Positions 23,461-36,815 of a stretch of DNA of 64,000 nucleotides are shown piece after piece. Position numbers and translations under genes: made by a program. The first letter of the stretch is position 1; each line of letters starts with the position of its first letter. The notes below the pieces were generated by a model. That model was not told the origin of the DNA and did not search any database. It worked only from the letters and a program-made list of their open reading frames with translations. Origin of the DNA: Chiloscyllium plagiosum (taxonomy: Eukaryota); NCBI RefSeq assembly GCF_004010195.1, contig NC_057718.1, positions 24,579,853 through 24,643,852 on the forward strand, written 5' to 3'.

Positions 23461-25192
23461 CTAAAAAAAAATCATAACAATTTAAAATCTATACATTCTT
23501 CGTTCTTTTTACATAAATGTGATCTAATACAGCATGCCATGTGAAACCTGGCTGGAAAGTGGGTTAATGTTTCCGAGATATCAGATTACAGCAGAACTGG
23601 ACAAGTTAAAGATGCATTAGGTTTTGACAAAATGGAAGGCAGAAGGTAGGGCCAGACCACCAAAAGGAAAGATTTGTGACAGGATGGAAAGCAGGGAGAT
23701 TAAATGGCAAAAGATTTCATGTGTAAAACCAAAGGGAGTGGTAATCTGACAAGTAAAGACAGAAAAGATGGTGGTGTAATGGCAATATCCTACTGAAAGC
23801 AAAGGAAAATAGAGAGAATAAATGTAGAAAAAAGAACAAACCAACAAAGGCAACAAAATTGAGATATACGAAAATGAAAGACCTTCCTTTTCTCTCTCAT
23901 GCCCTCCCTTTCACATACTCAATTGTCTAAATATAACTTTAACCTCCCAGTTCTGATGAAAGGTCATGAATCTAAAACATTAAGCATGTTTCTCACTCCA
24001 CAGATGCTGCTAGATCCATTGCACTTCGGAATTTACTGCTTGTATTTAAGTTATCGAACATCCATATATTTTTGCTTTCGTTTTGGAAAGTGCTGGCCTG
24101 AAATCTATCAAAAATAATCAAGTAGTAAAACCTCTTTAAACTTTATATGAATCACCTAAGAATTTAAAGATTCTTAAGAGATTTGTTAAATTGCAGAGTA
24201 AAAGTGAAAGGCATTGAAAATCACCTGAAAGATGCCAAGACACATAAAATGCTGTTCAGGTCACAGTGCAGATCCATACACTAAACTGCACTCAAGAGAG
24301 ACACAGAGTACTCTTTGGACCCTAGGATGTGGAGCGTCCACTCAATGGTTTGACTAAATGATATAATGGCTTTCAAAAATCATATCCAAGGAATTTCTGA
24401 TAGATGAAAAAGGTTAATGCAGAAATGAAAGCTAAATGTACTCACAGCAGACTAAGATGATCTCAGAATGTTGTAAAAAAAACAGCAGATTTTTTTGACT
24501 GTACTTAAGTGTACAAAACCATCAGATGCAGATTCTTGCAAAATAATCAGGCAGGTGAGTGTCACATGCCCATAAGGAATCCATTCAATTTTACATCAGT
24601 AATTTATGTTGGGACGCTCCAGACATGTGCTCAGTCCTATTTGGTAGGTGTCCTTCATGATCTGTGCTCAGATGATTCTTTATGTCTAAGCACAGTTAAA
24701 ATAAATATCTACCTAACAAAGACAGCTCCCTCAGATGGCAATGGTCTTTCAGGTGCCAACACAAGAATCTTGGGGTTACTATGACTGAATTGTTTGCTGA
24801 GTTTCATTCTCTGTTCAGTTGGTAATGATTTGGGGAGTGTTAGATTTGCTGCACCAGAATTTGAGCTGGTTCAGTTTTGTATAAGCCAAAATTCTATACA
24901 AATCTGCCTGTTGTGTGATGAGCATTAAATAATTATAAATTTCTCAAATGCACCATGGGTACAGATCTGCACTTGAAGGGAGTGCAAACTAGAGAAGCAG
25001 GGATTCAGACTCACAGTTCTACTCTGAGCCGCGCTCTTTTTAAGTAAAACGTTTGAATGGATCAATGGGCTGTGAAATTCATCATATGGTATTTTACTGC
25101 CTACTGAATGAAAATAATGCGTATTTCTCACCCAATCGCCACTAACAGCACTTCCTGATATTTTTCATTCTGACATTCAGATTTGTAACAGA

Positions 25193-25295
25193 GTTACAGA
25201 GTCAAACAACATGGAAACTGACTGTTTGGTCCAACCCATCCATGCTGACCAGACATCTCAATCTGTCCTATCCCATTTGCCACGATTTGGCCCAG
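25193..25295 (-). mobile_element. CR1 3' tail fragment
   Basis: acagagtcaaacaacatggaaac...atcccatttgcc...tttggccc. Confidence 0.6.
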
Positions 25296-26894
25296 CTTCC
25301 AATAATTTCCATTTTGTAAATACATTGAGGACCTTATGTTCTGTTGGACTTCTGTGGGTTTCTCACTTTGAAGATGCATTCTTTATCCATTCCTGAAGGA
25401 GTTGTCAGCCTCTTCACCTATGCAAAGAAAGGGCCTATCAGAGGTTTAATGTGTCCCCTTACAAGACTGGCTTGGCCGAAGGTGTCATTTCAGGCTGCAC
25501 TCAGGGAAACCAGGTCTAAGGATTGCCTGAAACAGATATAGATAGATAACTTGCCTGCATGTGAAACCAAGAGGCTTTTGATCCCACACCAAAGGAAATT
25601 ATCGCACACCTCCCAACTGTTCATTTTTCACAACTATTTGACCAACTAATGTGACTTTCACTTGGAGCAACATGCCTGCAGCATCACTTTGATTAAAGAC
25701 AGCATGTAATAATGAAAATGGGAGGCTGAGAGTGGGTACTGATCTTTCCAGTGCCCAACCACTGAGGAAACGAGGGAGCAGCTGGTATCAGAAAATGACC
25801 AAACCAATAGTTGAGGGTCAAGCAGGAGTCTGACATCAATTGTAGACTGCCAGTTATCATTCTTGCTCTTCAAAATCATTGACATACACAAGCATTTTAT
25901 CATTCTCAAACTTGGCATGTTTCATAATACTCTTTATATGAGAGAGTCAATTTTATTAGAGGGAATGTGCCAATAATACCTGTGAAACACAGTTTACTCT
26001 TGTGTAGCAATAAGTGTCCTCAAGCTGCTTCAACTAACAATCTTTGGGAATGCTATAAGTTCTCACTGACAGTTACTCCACTTGTTACGTGTGCCAGCAA
26101 TAATATGATCACTTCAGGGAATTTAGATTTTGTAAATGAACAGGGCCAACCAGGTTAAAATTCAAAGACAATTAATTTACAATAAGAGCAGTATTGGATG
26201 CTGTGCCAACTGTTGCAAAACCACCTCCCAATTCAGCGCAAGGAGGCAAAAACCATTCCAGTGTTCAGAGGCACTCTTTAATAGCAATAGATGCTTATCT
26301 CACTTTGGTATTGGATGATACATGAAAGGATCACTGAATTAGAGACAACAATAATGAGCTAGTATATAATATTGAGGGCTGAGTCTCGCTACTCTCTTCA
26401 GCTTGAGGTTAAGCAGGAAAGTGGAGGTAACAGCAGAAAATGGATCAATGAAGCCCATCACGACATTCCTATCTCAATCTCAAGTTCCCGTCACCCATCC
26501 ACCATAATCCACCCCCCAACCAACCCACAACCTGCTGAGACCAGTGCAATCACTTTCTCGCTGCCTAGCATTCTATTCATAATTTAAATGTTCCTTTTAT
26601 CTTTGGTTGTCCTTTTAAGTTGGTACTGGAATGGTATCTCCATCATTGAGTTTCTCTTGTGAGTGAGAATCCGGTCACAATCACACCCCATAGAACCAAT
26701 GACCCTTTAACCCAGAAAATGTAGGTGTCAGAGGGTGAGCAAAGGATTCCAGCCCAATGTTACATTGGCAGAGAAAGTTGAAAAGCACAATGTACTTGCA
26801 TATGACTTAATTGTTTAATTTCCATTAGTGGGGTACTGACATTTGAATAGGCACCATGCATTGCAGATATAAAGCAATAGTGTGTTAGGTGTTA

Positions 26895-28600
26895 GACCAT
26901 AAGAACATAAGACATAGGAGTGGAAGTAAGGCCATTTGGCCTATTGAGTCCACTCTGCCATTCAATCATGGCTGATGCACTTCAACTCCACTTACCCGCA
27001 TTCTCCCCGTAGCCCTTAATTCCTTGTGACATCAAGAATTTATCAATCTCTGCCTTGAAGACATTTAGCGTCCCGGCCTCCACTGCACTCTGCGGCAATG
27101 AATTCCACAGGCCCACCACTCTCTGGCTGAAGAAATGTCTCCGCATTTCTGTTCTGAATCGACCCCCTCTAATTCTAAGGCTGTGTCCACAGGTCCTAGT
27201 CTCCTNNNNNNNNNNNNNNNNNNNNNNNNNNNNNNNNNNNNNNNNNNNNNNNNNNNNNNNNNNNNNNNNNNNNNNNNNNNNNNNNNNNNNNNNNNNNNNN
27301 NNNNNNNNNNNNNNNNNNNNNNNNNNNNNNNNNNNNNNNNNNNNNNNNNNNNNNNNNNNNNNNNNNNNNNNNNNNNNNNNNNNNNNNNNNNNNNNNNNNN
27401 NNNNNNNNNNNNNNNNNNNNNNNNNNNNNNNNNNNNNNNNNNNNNNNNNNNNNNNNNNNNNNNNNNNNNNNNNNNNNNNNNNNNNNNNNNNNNNNNNNNN
27501 NNNNNNNNNNNNNNNNNNNNNNNNNNNNNNNNNNNNNNNNNNNNNNNNNNNNNNNNNNNNNNNNNNNNNNNNNNNNNNNNNNNNNNNNNNNNNNNNNNNN
27601 NNNNNNNNNNNNNNNNNNNNNNNNNNNNNNNNNNNNNNNNNNNNNNNNNNNNNNNNNNNNNNNNNNNNNNNNNNNNNNNNNNNNNNNNNNNNNNNNNNNN
27701 NNNNNNNNNNNNNNNNNNNNNNNNNNNNNNNNNNNNNNNNNNNNNNNNNNNNNNNNNNNNNNNNNNNNNNNNNNNNNNNNNNNNNNNNNNNNNNNNNNNN
27801 NNNNNNNNNNNNNNNNNNNNNNNNNNNNNNNNNNNNNNNNNNNNNNNNNNNNNNNNNNNNNNNNNNNNNNNNNNNNNNNNNNNNNNNNNNNNNNNNNNNN
27901 NNNNNNNNNNNNNNNNNNNNNNNNNNNNNNNNNNNNNNNNNNNNNNNNNNNNNNNNNNNNNNNNNNNNNNNNNNNNNNNNNNNNNNNNNNNNNNNNNNNN
28001 NNNNNNNNNNNNNNNNNNNGGACTTTCCCTGACTCCAGTGATTTTTGAAAGATCTCAACCAACGCCTCCGTTATTTCCTCAGCCACGTCCCTCAGAACTC
28101 TAGGATGTAGCCCATCGGGGCCAGGATATTTATCAATTTTAAGACCTTTTAGGTTTTCTAGCACTTTCTCTTTTGTAATGGCAACCATATTCAACTCAGC
28201 CACCTAACTGCCTTTCATTGTTGGGATATTACTCATGTCTTCCACTGTGAATACTGACGCAAAGTACTTGTTAAGTTCTCCTGCTATTTCCTTATCTCCC
28301 ATCACTAGGCTTCCAGCATCAGTTTGAAGTGGCCCAATGTCTACTTTTGCCTGTCGTTTGTTTCTTATGTATTGAAAGAAACTTTTACTATCATTTCTAA
28401 TATTACTGGCTAGCCTACCTTCATATTTGATCCTCTCCTTCCTTATTTCTCTCTTTGTTATCCTCTGTTTGTTTTTGTAGCCTTCCCAATCTTCTGATTT
28501 CCCAGTGCTCTTGGCCACTTTATAGGATCTCTCTTTTTCTTTAATACATTTCCTGACTTCGTTTGTCAGCTCTGGCTGTCTAATCCCTCCCCGGGATAAT
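26895..28600 (-). mobile_element. CR1 ORF2 and 3' end spanning an assembly gap
   Basis: PGPDGLHPRVL, NKYFASVFT, FFSQRVVGLWNSLP; microsatellite-like tail near 26895-26915. Confidence 0.9.
27206..28019. other. Assembly gap
   Basis: Run of N. Confidence 1.
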
Positions 28601-28797
28601 CTTTGAAGGGACAGTAGTTACAACACATGTGAGACACATTAGTTCGTCCTTTTTGGAAGAAAATTCCAAGTGTCACAAAGATGAGTTATCCAAAATATTA
28701 ATTTATAATTTCATTGATTGATCATATATATCGTGAATATTTTGGGAAGAACACTTTGCAATAAAAAAGGCATTGGCCACAGCTACAACAATACTGC

Positions 28798-28930
28798 ATT
28801 TGATTTGACTTGATTTATCATTGCCACATGTACAAAGATACAGTGAAAAGTATTGTTTTGCACGCTAACCAGACAAATCACACCTCACATTGTACATTAG
28901 GATAATAGAACAGAATGCATAATACAGTGT
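28798..28930 (-). mobile_element. Rex-Babar-type LINE 3' tail
   Basis: Reverse complement resembles the 3' end at 45490-45630. Confidence 0.55.
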
Positions 28931-29233
28931 TGTTTGCAAGGAACAATTTGTTTGAATGGAAACACCAAGTCTGTCACAATTTCAGGAAGAAGTTAAAAAA
29001 TACTTTGGATTTTGACACACAATCTTTGTTCTTAGTTCAGGTGCACAGACACAGAAGATGACACTGCTACGCTAACCCCAACCCTTAAAAATGATGACTT
29101 TCATCACCCAATTTTAATCATTTCTTTGTAGTGCTGTCACTTCTTTAGAGCTTTTGATAGGTTTGACAGGCTTTTCAGTCAGTTCTGTAGCAATCCCAGT
29201 TTTAAAAGGAAAGACTAAAAGACAATTGCCTTT

Positions 29234-30152
29234 TGTGAAAAACTGGCTAACCTGGCATCTGTGGAGGCAGGATTTCCCAGCAGGCCTGCTACAATAAGGT
29301 CACACCTTCGTCAGGGGTCAGAGACCTCAGAGGTATGAGGCAACTTGACCAATAAAACGGCACCCGCCAGACATTGTATCAAGGGACAGGCATAGAAATG
29401 GTGATGAACCCCAAAAACTGTGAACAATGGAGCCTATCTCGTTAATGGGATAACGATTTACTCTAATCTGAAAACAGTTTGGGAGGCTCCATCAAGTCAT
29501 CAAAACTTCAGTTAAGTAAATTTGGGACGGTATTGACCCTTTTGTTTCCACGAATGATGAGATTAAACCGGACCCAGCAATCACCGGAGATGCTTTGTGA
29601 AATGGAATTACCTGAGGGGTGGAACCGGCAGCCCTTTGGAATCGCAAGGGTAAAGGGGGCAGCAGGGCTCTTTCTCCTTTTCACTCTCATCGCTCTGAGC
29701 TCGCTGTGTCTCTGGACACCAATTCTTTGGGGCTGAAGATATCGACCCTGTCTGCGACCTCCGACTTCGGAAGTCTACAACTTCTGAAGGCAGAGAGGAA
29801 GCCCCACCAGATCCAACAAGTTCCTCTGAGACTGTAAGAACCCTTTTCAGGCCTGGAACACTCGTACTCTGGAGCAGTTGGTTAGCATTGGGGGGAGGGG
29901 GGATGCGGAGGGTGGTTTTGTAATTCTTAAAGTATAAGTACCCTGTAAATTGTGTAAGGCAAAAGATTTACATTGTGTCCACTCCAATTTTCTTAAATGT
30001 TATATCATAGTATAGATTATACGTTTCATCAAAGTATTGTACGGATTGGGCAAGTTGAATTCTTTTCAGTAATAAAGTTCACTGGCAATTTTAACTCATA
30101 TTTGAGTCCGTGTGTGCTCCTTCTGGGTACAGCAATTCTGGTTGAGTTCACA
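29234..30152 (+). mobile_element. LTR-like element
   Basis: TGTGAA...TTCACA inverted termini, CCAAT, CT-rich R-like tract, AATAAA at 30071; no clear target duplication. Confidence 0.6.
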
Positions 30153-31345
30153 GCAGATCCTAGATTATAATTTCAGTGACAAGGACTGAAGGGTGAACTG
30201 CCCTCTCAAGGGGGATTGTTGGCCTGGATAAGCAGTTTGATCTCTCTTTTCTCTCTTGTGGGGGTACAGCCAGAGTGGGTAGGTAACAGATGGCCGTTGT
30301 CCCACCAATAAGAGAGGGAATTGCCCAAGCATTGGTGGTGGTTGCGATTACTTTGTGGAGATAAATTCCGACTCGCTGGTCAGGCTATAAACAGTGAGTT
30401 AGATTCAGTGCTCTCTCTCCAGCGGAGTTGTCCAAGTGCAGCATTCCAGGTCTTTCAAGCTTCAGAGCCTGCTGGAGAGAGACCACTACAGTAATCGGCG
30501 AACTCGCCTGGGTGCGGAGTAAAGGAAAGAGGACCCTCCTGTTCCAAGGGATTTATGCAACTTTAAGGGCAACCCTCTCTGCAGTTAACCCCATCCCAAA
30601 TTTGACCACCATTACCCGTGTGCTTGATATCAACCAAATGGTATCTAAACTTACCCCCTGCAAAGGGGAGCAATCACCTCCCCCAGAAAGAATACCTGTT
30701 GCCTGCCCCCAAGGTATCTTAGCACTAAATCGACAGGGAAATCTCAGTTTTCCAAAGGTATCTTGACCATCCCACTGAGAGAAGACCTGGTTTGAGCTGG
30801 TCTTTTCCATGTGCTCCAAGTTTCATGCAATTACGTTACCAAAACAAAATGCGATTTAAATGGAGACAGCCAACCATTCAATGGGCCAGCTGCTTCCAGG
30901 AACTGCACCTCTGCGAAACCCGAAATGGCTCCATTCTTGATCCTGCAGAAACAGGGAGTACTGTGTTTGGTGGCAGGATTTGTGATTTTAAGCCACTTCT
31001 GCCATTTCCTCCATGATAATGATGCTCTCTGGTATGCTAAACATCTGTGTCTGAGAGTCTGTGTCTGAGAGTCTGTGGTGAAGTGCCCCAGCTGCAATAA
31101 TCTTTGACTGCTGTACCTTTCTCTGAAGCCCCTCTCATCAAAATATGTGAGATGAAAACACACTGGACGGCCTCACTTCTCCAGGTGGAAAGTTCCGAAA
31201 AGACAATTATGAAACATAAACCACTGTCACAAGCAGAAGGAAAGTTTGTCATAACACTTAATAGTTAGGTGAACAGACAGCATTTCAGCAGCCATGGACT
31301 TGACTCCAGGATGGTTTGTTCCCTCCCTCGTGTCAGCGTCAAGGA

Positions 31346-31655
31346 TGCAGCACAGCGGCTCAGTGGCTAACACTGCTGCCTCTCAGCGCCAGGGACCCAA
31401 GTTTGATTCCAGCCTCGAGGGACTGCCTGTGTGGAGTTTGCACATTCTCCCTGTGTCTGCATGGGGTTTCCTCTGGGTGTCCCGGTTTCCTCCCCCAGTT
31501 CAAAGATATGCAGGTCAGGTGTATTGGTCATGCTAAATTGCCCATAGTGTAAGGTGCATTCGACAGAGGGAAAAAGGTCTAGGTGGGTTACTCTTCAGAG
31601 GGTCGGTGTGGACTTGTTGGGCTGAAGGGCCTGTTTCCACACTGGAAAGGAATCT
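31346..31655 (+). mobile_element. HE1-type V-SINE
   Basis: tRNA-like head, tgtgtggagtttgcacattctcc V-domain, CR1-like tail. Confidence 0.85.
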
Positions 31656-32439
31656 GCTTTAATATTGGCTGACGAACATTCTCTTGGGAAAGGTTGCATA
31701 GGCAGTGGTCATTGTCCACACTGGCCCCAGCAACAGAGGTAGAAAGAGGGATAAGGTTCTGGAAGTAGGATTCAAGGATTTACAAAGGAAACTGAAAGGC
31801 AGGAGCTCCAATGCTGTATTTTCAGGATTGTTCCCAGTAACACATACTGGTGAGTATGAAAATGGGTAGCAAATAAACACATAGAGTCATAGAGATGTAC
31901 AGCACGAAAGTAGATTCTTCGGTCCAACCCGTCCATGCCGAGCAGATATCCCAACTCAATCTAGTCCCACCTGCCAGCACCTGGTCCATATCCCTCCAAA
32001 CCCTTCCTATTCATATACCCAACCAGATGCCTTTTAAATGTTGCAATAGTACTAGCTTCCACCACTTCCTGTACAGGCCATTGGTTAGACCACTTTTGGA
32101 ATATTGTGTGTAATTCTGGTCTCTCTCCTATCGGAAGGATATTGTGAAACTTGAAATGGTTCAGAAAAAAGTTACATGAATGTTTCCAAGGTTGCAGGAT
32201 TTGAGCCATAGGGATAGACTGAATATGCTGAGGCTATTTTCCCTGGAGCGCAGAGGCTGAAGGGTGAATTATAGAGGTTTATAAAATCATGAGGGGCATG
32301 GATAGCGTAAATAGACAAGGTCTTTCCCTGGGTTGGGGGAGTCCTGAACTAGAGCGCATAAGTTTAGGATGAGATGGGAAAGGTTTCAAAGGGAGCTAAG
32401 GGGCAACTTTTTCACAGAGTGTGGTGCATGTACAGAATG

Positions 32440-32620
32440 CCAGGTTATAGTCCAACAGGTTTATTTGGAAGTACCAGCTTTCAGAGCGCTGCTCCTTCAG
32501 GTTACCTGATGAAGGAACAGTGCTCTGAAAGCTAGTTCTTCCAAATAAACCTGCTGGACTATAACCTGGTGTTGTGTGACTTTTAACTTTGTCCACCCCT
32601 GTCCAACACCAGCACTCCAC
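32440..32620. mobile_element. Inverted pair of Penelope family-B terminal repeats
   Basis: ccaggttatagtccaacagg...|...cctgctggactataacctgg, with a degenerate hammerhead at the centre. Confidence 0.7.
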
Positions 32621-33292
32621 ATCGTGTATAGAATGACATGGCTGAATAGATCGTGCAGGAAGGAATGGAGCAGATGGAACATGTATAAGGAAAATGGGTT
32701 ATACTTCAGCAGGACAGGGCATAACATACTTAGAGCATGACTTACTAGTGTTGTCTAACCTGCTTGTTACAGGGATGTTAACCTAAGATGGAATTAAAAT
32801 TCAATAAAGACAAAGCTGGTTATAGGAAGTAGGAAAAGCTGTAAATGGAAGTAGAAAGCTGTGAAAAGAACTTATAGAATCAACCAAGGTCAAATTACAG
32901 AATACTGTTAAAAATGCAGAATGAAAAAGCACTCTGAATGCACACAGCATTCAACAAGAATGAATAGCACAAGTAGAAGCAAAAAATATGATTTAATTGC
33001 TAGCGTGGAGATGCGGATTCAGGATAATCAAGATTGGGAACTAAATATTAAAGGGTATTCAACATTTAGGAGGGATGGGCAAAAAGGAAAAGGTGGTGGA
33101 GAAGAGTTGATAATAAGGGACAGAATCAGTGTATGAATGAAAGATGATCTTGGATCAGAAAACAGGATACAGAATCTGTTTGGGTGGACCTAAGGAACAG
33201 CAAGGGGCTACAAATCTTCATAGGAGTGGTTTATAGGCTAACAAATAATAGTGATATTATGGGGTATAATATAAATCAGAAAATTAGTGGTT

Positions 33293-34015
33293 AGCAATTT
33301 TTGAGAAGATTTGTAGCTCAGGTTAAGGTTCTAGATGTCCATTCTGGAAGGTTCATTTTCAGATGTTTCATCAACATACTAGGTAACATCTTCAGTCAGC
33401 CTCCGGATGCAGCACTGGTGGTGTAGCCCACTTTCTATTTATGTCATGATTTGGAGATGCCGGTGTTAGACTGGGGTGTACAAATTTAAAAATCACACAA
33501 CACCAGGTTATAGTCCAACAGGTCTTACAATTGTGTACTCCACAATCACCTGACGAAGGAGTGGTGGTCCGAAAGCTACTGCTTCCAATTAAACCTGTTG
33601 GAATATAACCTGGTGTTGTGTGATTTTTAACTTTCTATGTATGTGTTTGGGATACATATAGATGAGGAAGGACACCACTTTGACTGGGATAACGCATCCA
33701 TCCTAGGACAAGCCAAACAGAGGCACACACGAGAATTCCTAGAAGTATGGCATTCCAACCGGAACTCTATCAATAAACACTTGACTTGGATCCCATTTAC
33801 CACTCTTGAGAAAAAGAACAGGAAATGACATCACCATAGAAAATGATGTCACAACAGAAAATGACATCACCAACCTAAGGAAACTGAAACACATAAACAG
33901 AAAGCAGGCTACACAACCAGTGCTTCATCTGGAGGCTCACTGAAGATGTTACCTAGTATGGTGACGAAACATCTAAAAACGAACCTTCCAGCTCTGTGAG
34001 CAAACCTACATCCAA
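33293..34015. mobile_element. Penelope-like element with inverted terminal repeat and nested family-B insert
   Basis: GHHFDWDNASILGQAKQRHTREFLEVWHS; hammerhead motifs near 33360-33400 (-), 33547-33581 (+) and 33937-33975 (+). Confidence 0.8.
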
Positions 34016-36100
34016 AATTAGAGGTGTATACAGCAACTTACTTTGACTTAAAACCTATGTATAGACTGGTAAATATCATGAGCACCAATGTCTAGGAGAA
34101 TATTCAAGGTGGTTTTCTGGAGCAATATGTTGGGGAATTAATTACAACATAGTCTACTTTAGATTTTGTATTATCAATTGGAAAAGTCTAATTGCTATCC
34201 TTATAAAAAAACCTTTAAGAAGATATATATTAAATTATGTCACATGATATTAGATCATAATGCAATGAAACTTTCCATGAAGTATGCAAATTGTGTAGTT
34301 CAATCTGAAACTGAGGTCTTAAATCAAATTAAATCAATTATGAAAAGACAAGAAGGAAGCTAACTGTTAGAAAAACACATTAAAAGGTTTGACTGTAGAT
34401 AGGCAATGGCGAGTATTTAAAGAATTAATGCTCAGTCTTCAAAAAAATTATAATCCATTAAAGGCAAAAATATCCAACAGGAAAAGTGAGACAACTATGG
34501 CTAACATAGGAAGTTTCACTAATAGTATCAGATCATATAAAGTTGCCAAAAACATTATAAGCCTAAAAATTAGGAGAATTTACAACTCAGTAAAACATTG
34601 ATAAGGGAAGAGAGAAGGGAACATAAATGAAAAATAACAAGGTGCATAAAAATGACTGGAAATTTCTTTAGATATATAAAAAGGAAAAGATTGGCAAAGC
34701 AAATGTGGGCCCATTATAGGTAGACCAAAGGAAAATGCCTAATTGGCAATTGAGAAATGTCAGAGAAGCTACATAAGTACTTTGTATCTGTCTTCATAGA
34801 GGAAAACATAAGAGGTCTCCCTGAAGTAACAAATATCCAAGTGTTGATAGAAGTGTAGAATTGAAATAAATTCACATTCATAAAAAAACAGCATTTGAGA
34901 AATTAACAAGACTGAAAGTTGATGAATTCCTGGGACCCAGTGACCTTGACCTTAGAGTGCTGATAGAGATAGCAATAAAAATAATGGATACATTGGTGAT
35001 CATTTTTAAAAACTCCATTTAGTCTGTTCTTCAACAGTGCCTGGAGATTAGACGATTGCAAGTGTAACTCCACCATTTAAGACAAGGAGAGATAAAACAG
35101 GGAACTACAGATCTATTAGCAATGGGAAGTTATCAGCAATGTGAAACATCAGAATTTATTATAAAGTATGTGCTTATAGAATATTTAGAAAATAATGGTA
35201 CAATTGGAAAGTATTAATATGGATTTATGAAAGAGGACTCATGTTTGACAAACTTGGTAGAACTTTTTGAGAATGTTAGAAGCAAGGTCAATAAGATAAA
35301 CGCAATAATATGCTGAATTTGGATCTCCAGAAGATTTTTGATCAAGTCCCACAAAGGAGTTGAGCAGACTGAATTCAAACAGTCTGGATTGGGAGTATTA
35401 TGGATTTAGGATTGTGCAACAGGTAGAAAGTAAGTAAGTAGAAAGTATTAGTCACTAAAATAGCTTCAAAGAACATAATTAACATTTAAAATTAGACAAA
35501 AATAACCTTCTAAATACATTATTTTCTTTAGCTAATTGAATGCTAAATATAGCAATAATAAAGTACAATTAACTTTAACAGCTTTATAAATTTTGCATTT
35601 TTCAGTGACAAGCTTTTATAGGTTGCTTTTATCATTTGGTTTTATAGCTTTATTGAAATGTAATGGAAGCAATTTGTCTAGCATTTCTAGAAATAGAATC
35701 CAATCATTGCTTTGCACTATGTGTTAGCAGCAAGTTATTAATACAGACACTGCGTCATCAAAGGGCAAGTTGTCAGACTTTTAATTAATTCCTGTAGTTT
35801 TCTGTTGTTATATTCATAAAAGAAGGAAGAATGAACAAAATTGAGAGTGACGAAAGCACAGAATTAAATGTTTAAGGCCCACAAGTACTCCTGTGGATGT
35901 GAACGATTTTACTACTCAGTTACAACAAGTTGTGCCATTTATGGATATCAATGTTGATTTCCTAAACTATGGAAATTTAAATGTTAATATCATTTAATTA
36001 TGTATTTAAATAAAATTTATACAACAGTGGGATATTATATAAGACAAATACTTTGCATTGTCAATAAGGCAGGACAGCAATTCATCCGATTCTGTGGAAT

Positions 36101-36815
36101 TGTGAGAAAACTGGCTAACCCCTGGTTGTAACATACACCTTGACTATACTTTGTATGACCCAGAGCTGCCTGACACAACACAAGTTAAGACTTTAACAAA
36201 GGTCAAAGCACTACTGACCACAGCAGGACTTGACATAGGGTGAGTCCACATAAATTCTTTAAACTTGGTAGACCTCGGCAGAGCTTGATTAGGCTGGATC
36301 CACATAAATTCTGGGACTCTGGATTAGTGGTGCTGGAAGAGCACAGCAGTTCAGGCAGCATCCGAAGAGCAGCGAAATCGACGTTTCGGGCAAAAGCCCT
36401 TCATCAGGAATAAATTCTGGGACACTGACTGAGCCCAAATAAAGACATTCGACAAAATTCTTTGAGCCCCCAACAAGGATGAGGTTATGAGATGACATAT
36501 GTGGCACCAGGTTTTGGGAGGTCAAGGTGATAAGCCTCTGAAGTAATAACACAGATCATAATTTAATGTACCAGTCTAATAGATGACTAACCTCTAGTGA
36601 TAGATATTGATAGCTATTGATAAGTTTTAATTATAAGAATTCCTGCTTTTCTGTCTGTAAGTGCAAACTTGTGAGAGACTCAGAGCTGTGATCAACTCTC
36701 TCTTTTCCAAGTTCAGCCACTCTGCATGCAGTTTCCTTGTAAATAAAGACCAATTGCTTTGTCGGAATAAGGTTTGTTGAAGTTTTGTTGAGTGTTTTAG
36801 TGATTGGCTTTCACA
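36101..36815 (+). mobile_element. Solo LTR-like element
   Basis: TGTGA...TCACA termini, AATAAA near 36742, first ~20 nt nearly identical to the 29234 element. Confidence 0.6.
36378..36410 (-). ncRNA. Minimal hammerhead ribozyme motif (family A), sense to RGS7
   Basis: Reverse complement CUGAUGA A GGGC uuuu GCCC GAAAC GUC; insert bounded by ataaattctgggac (36304-36317, 36410-36423). Confidence 0.72.

Larger units (their letters stand above)
31660..35440 (+). mobile_element. Stack of degraded CR1 pieces (ORF1 esterase, endonuclease, RT) with nested inserts
   Basis: RPLLEYCV, DWELNIKGYSTFRRD, GPSDLDLRVL-like motifs; minus-strand CR1 tail at ~31880-32070. Confidence 0.8.

Noticed and set aside
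25015..25103. Possible extra RGS7 cassette exon (ttttcattcag...|gtgagt on the minus strand)
   Set aside because: 89 nt, begins with an in-frame TAG and has no RGS7 similarity; flanking exons join correctly without it; needs RNA-seq
26982..28203. Long ORFs of 320-360 aa in the ORF track
   Set aside because: Artefacts of translating through the N gap; flanks are CR1 ORF2
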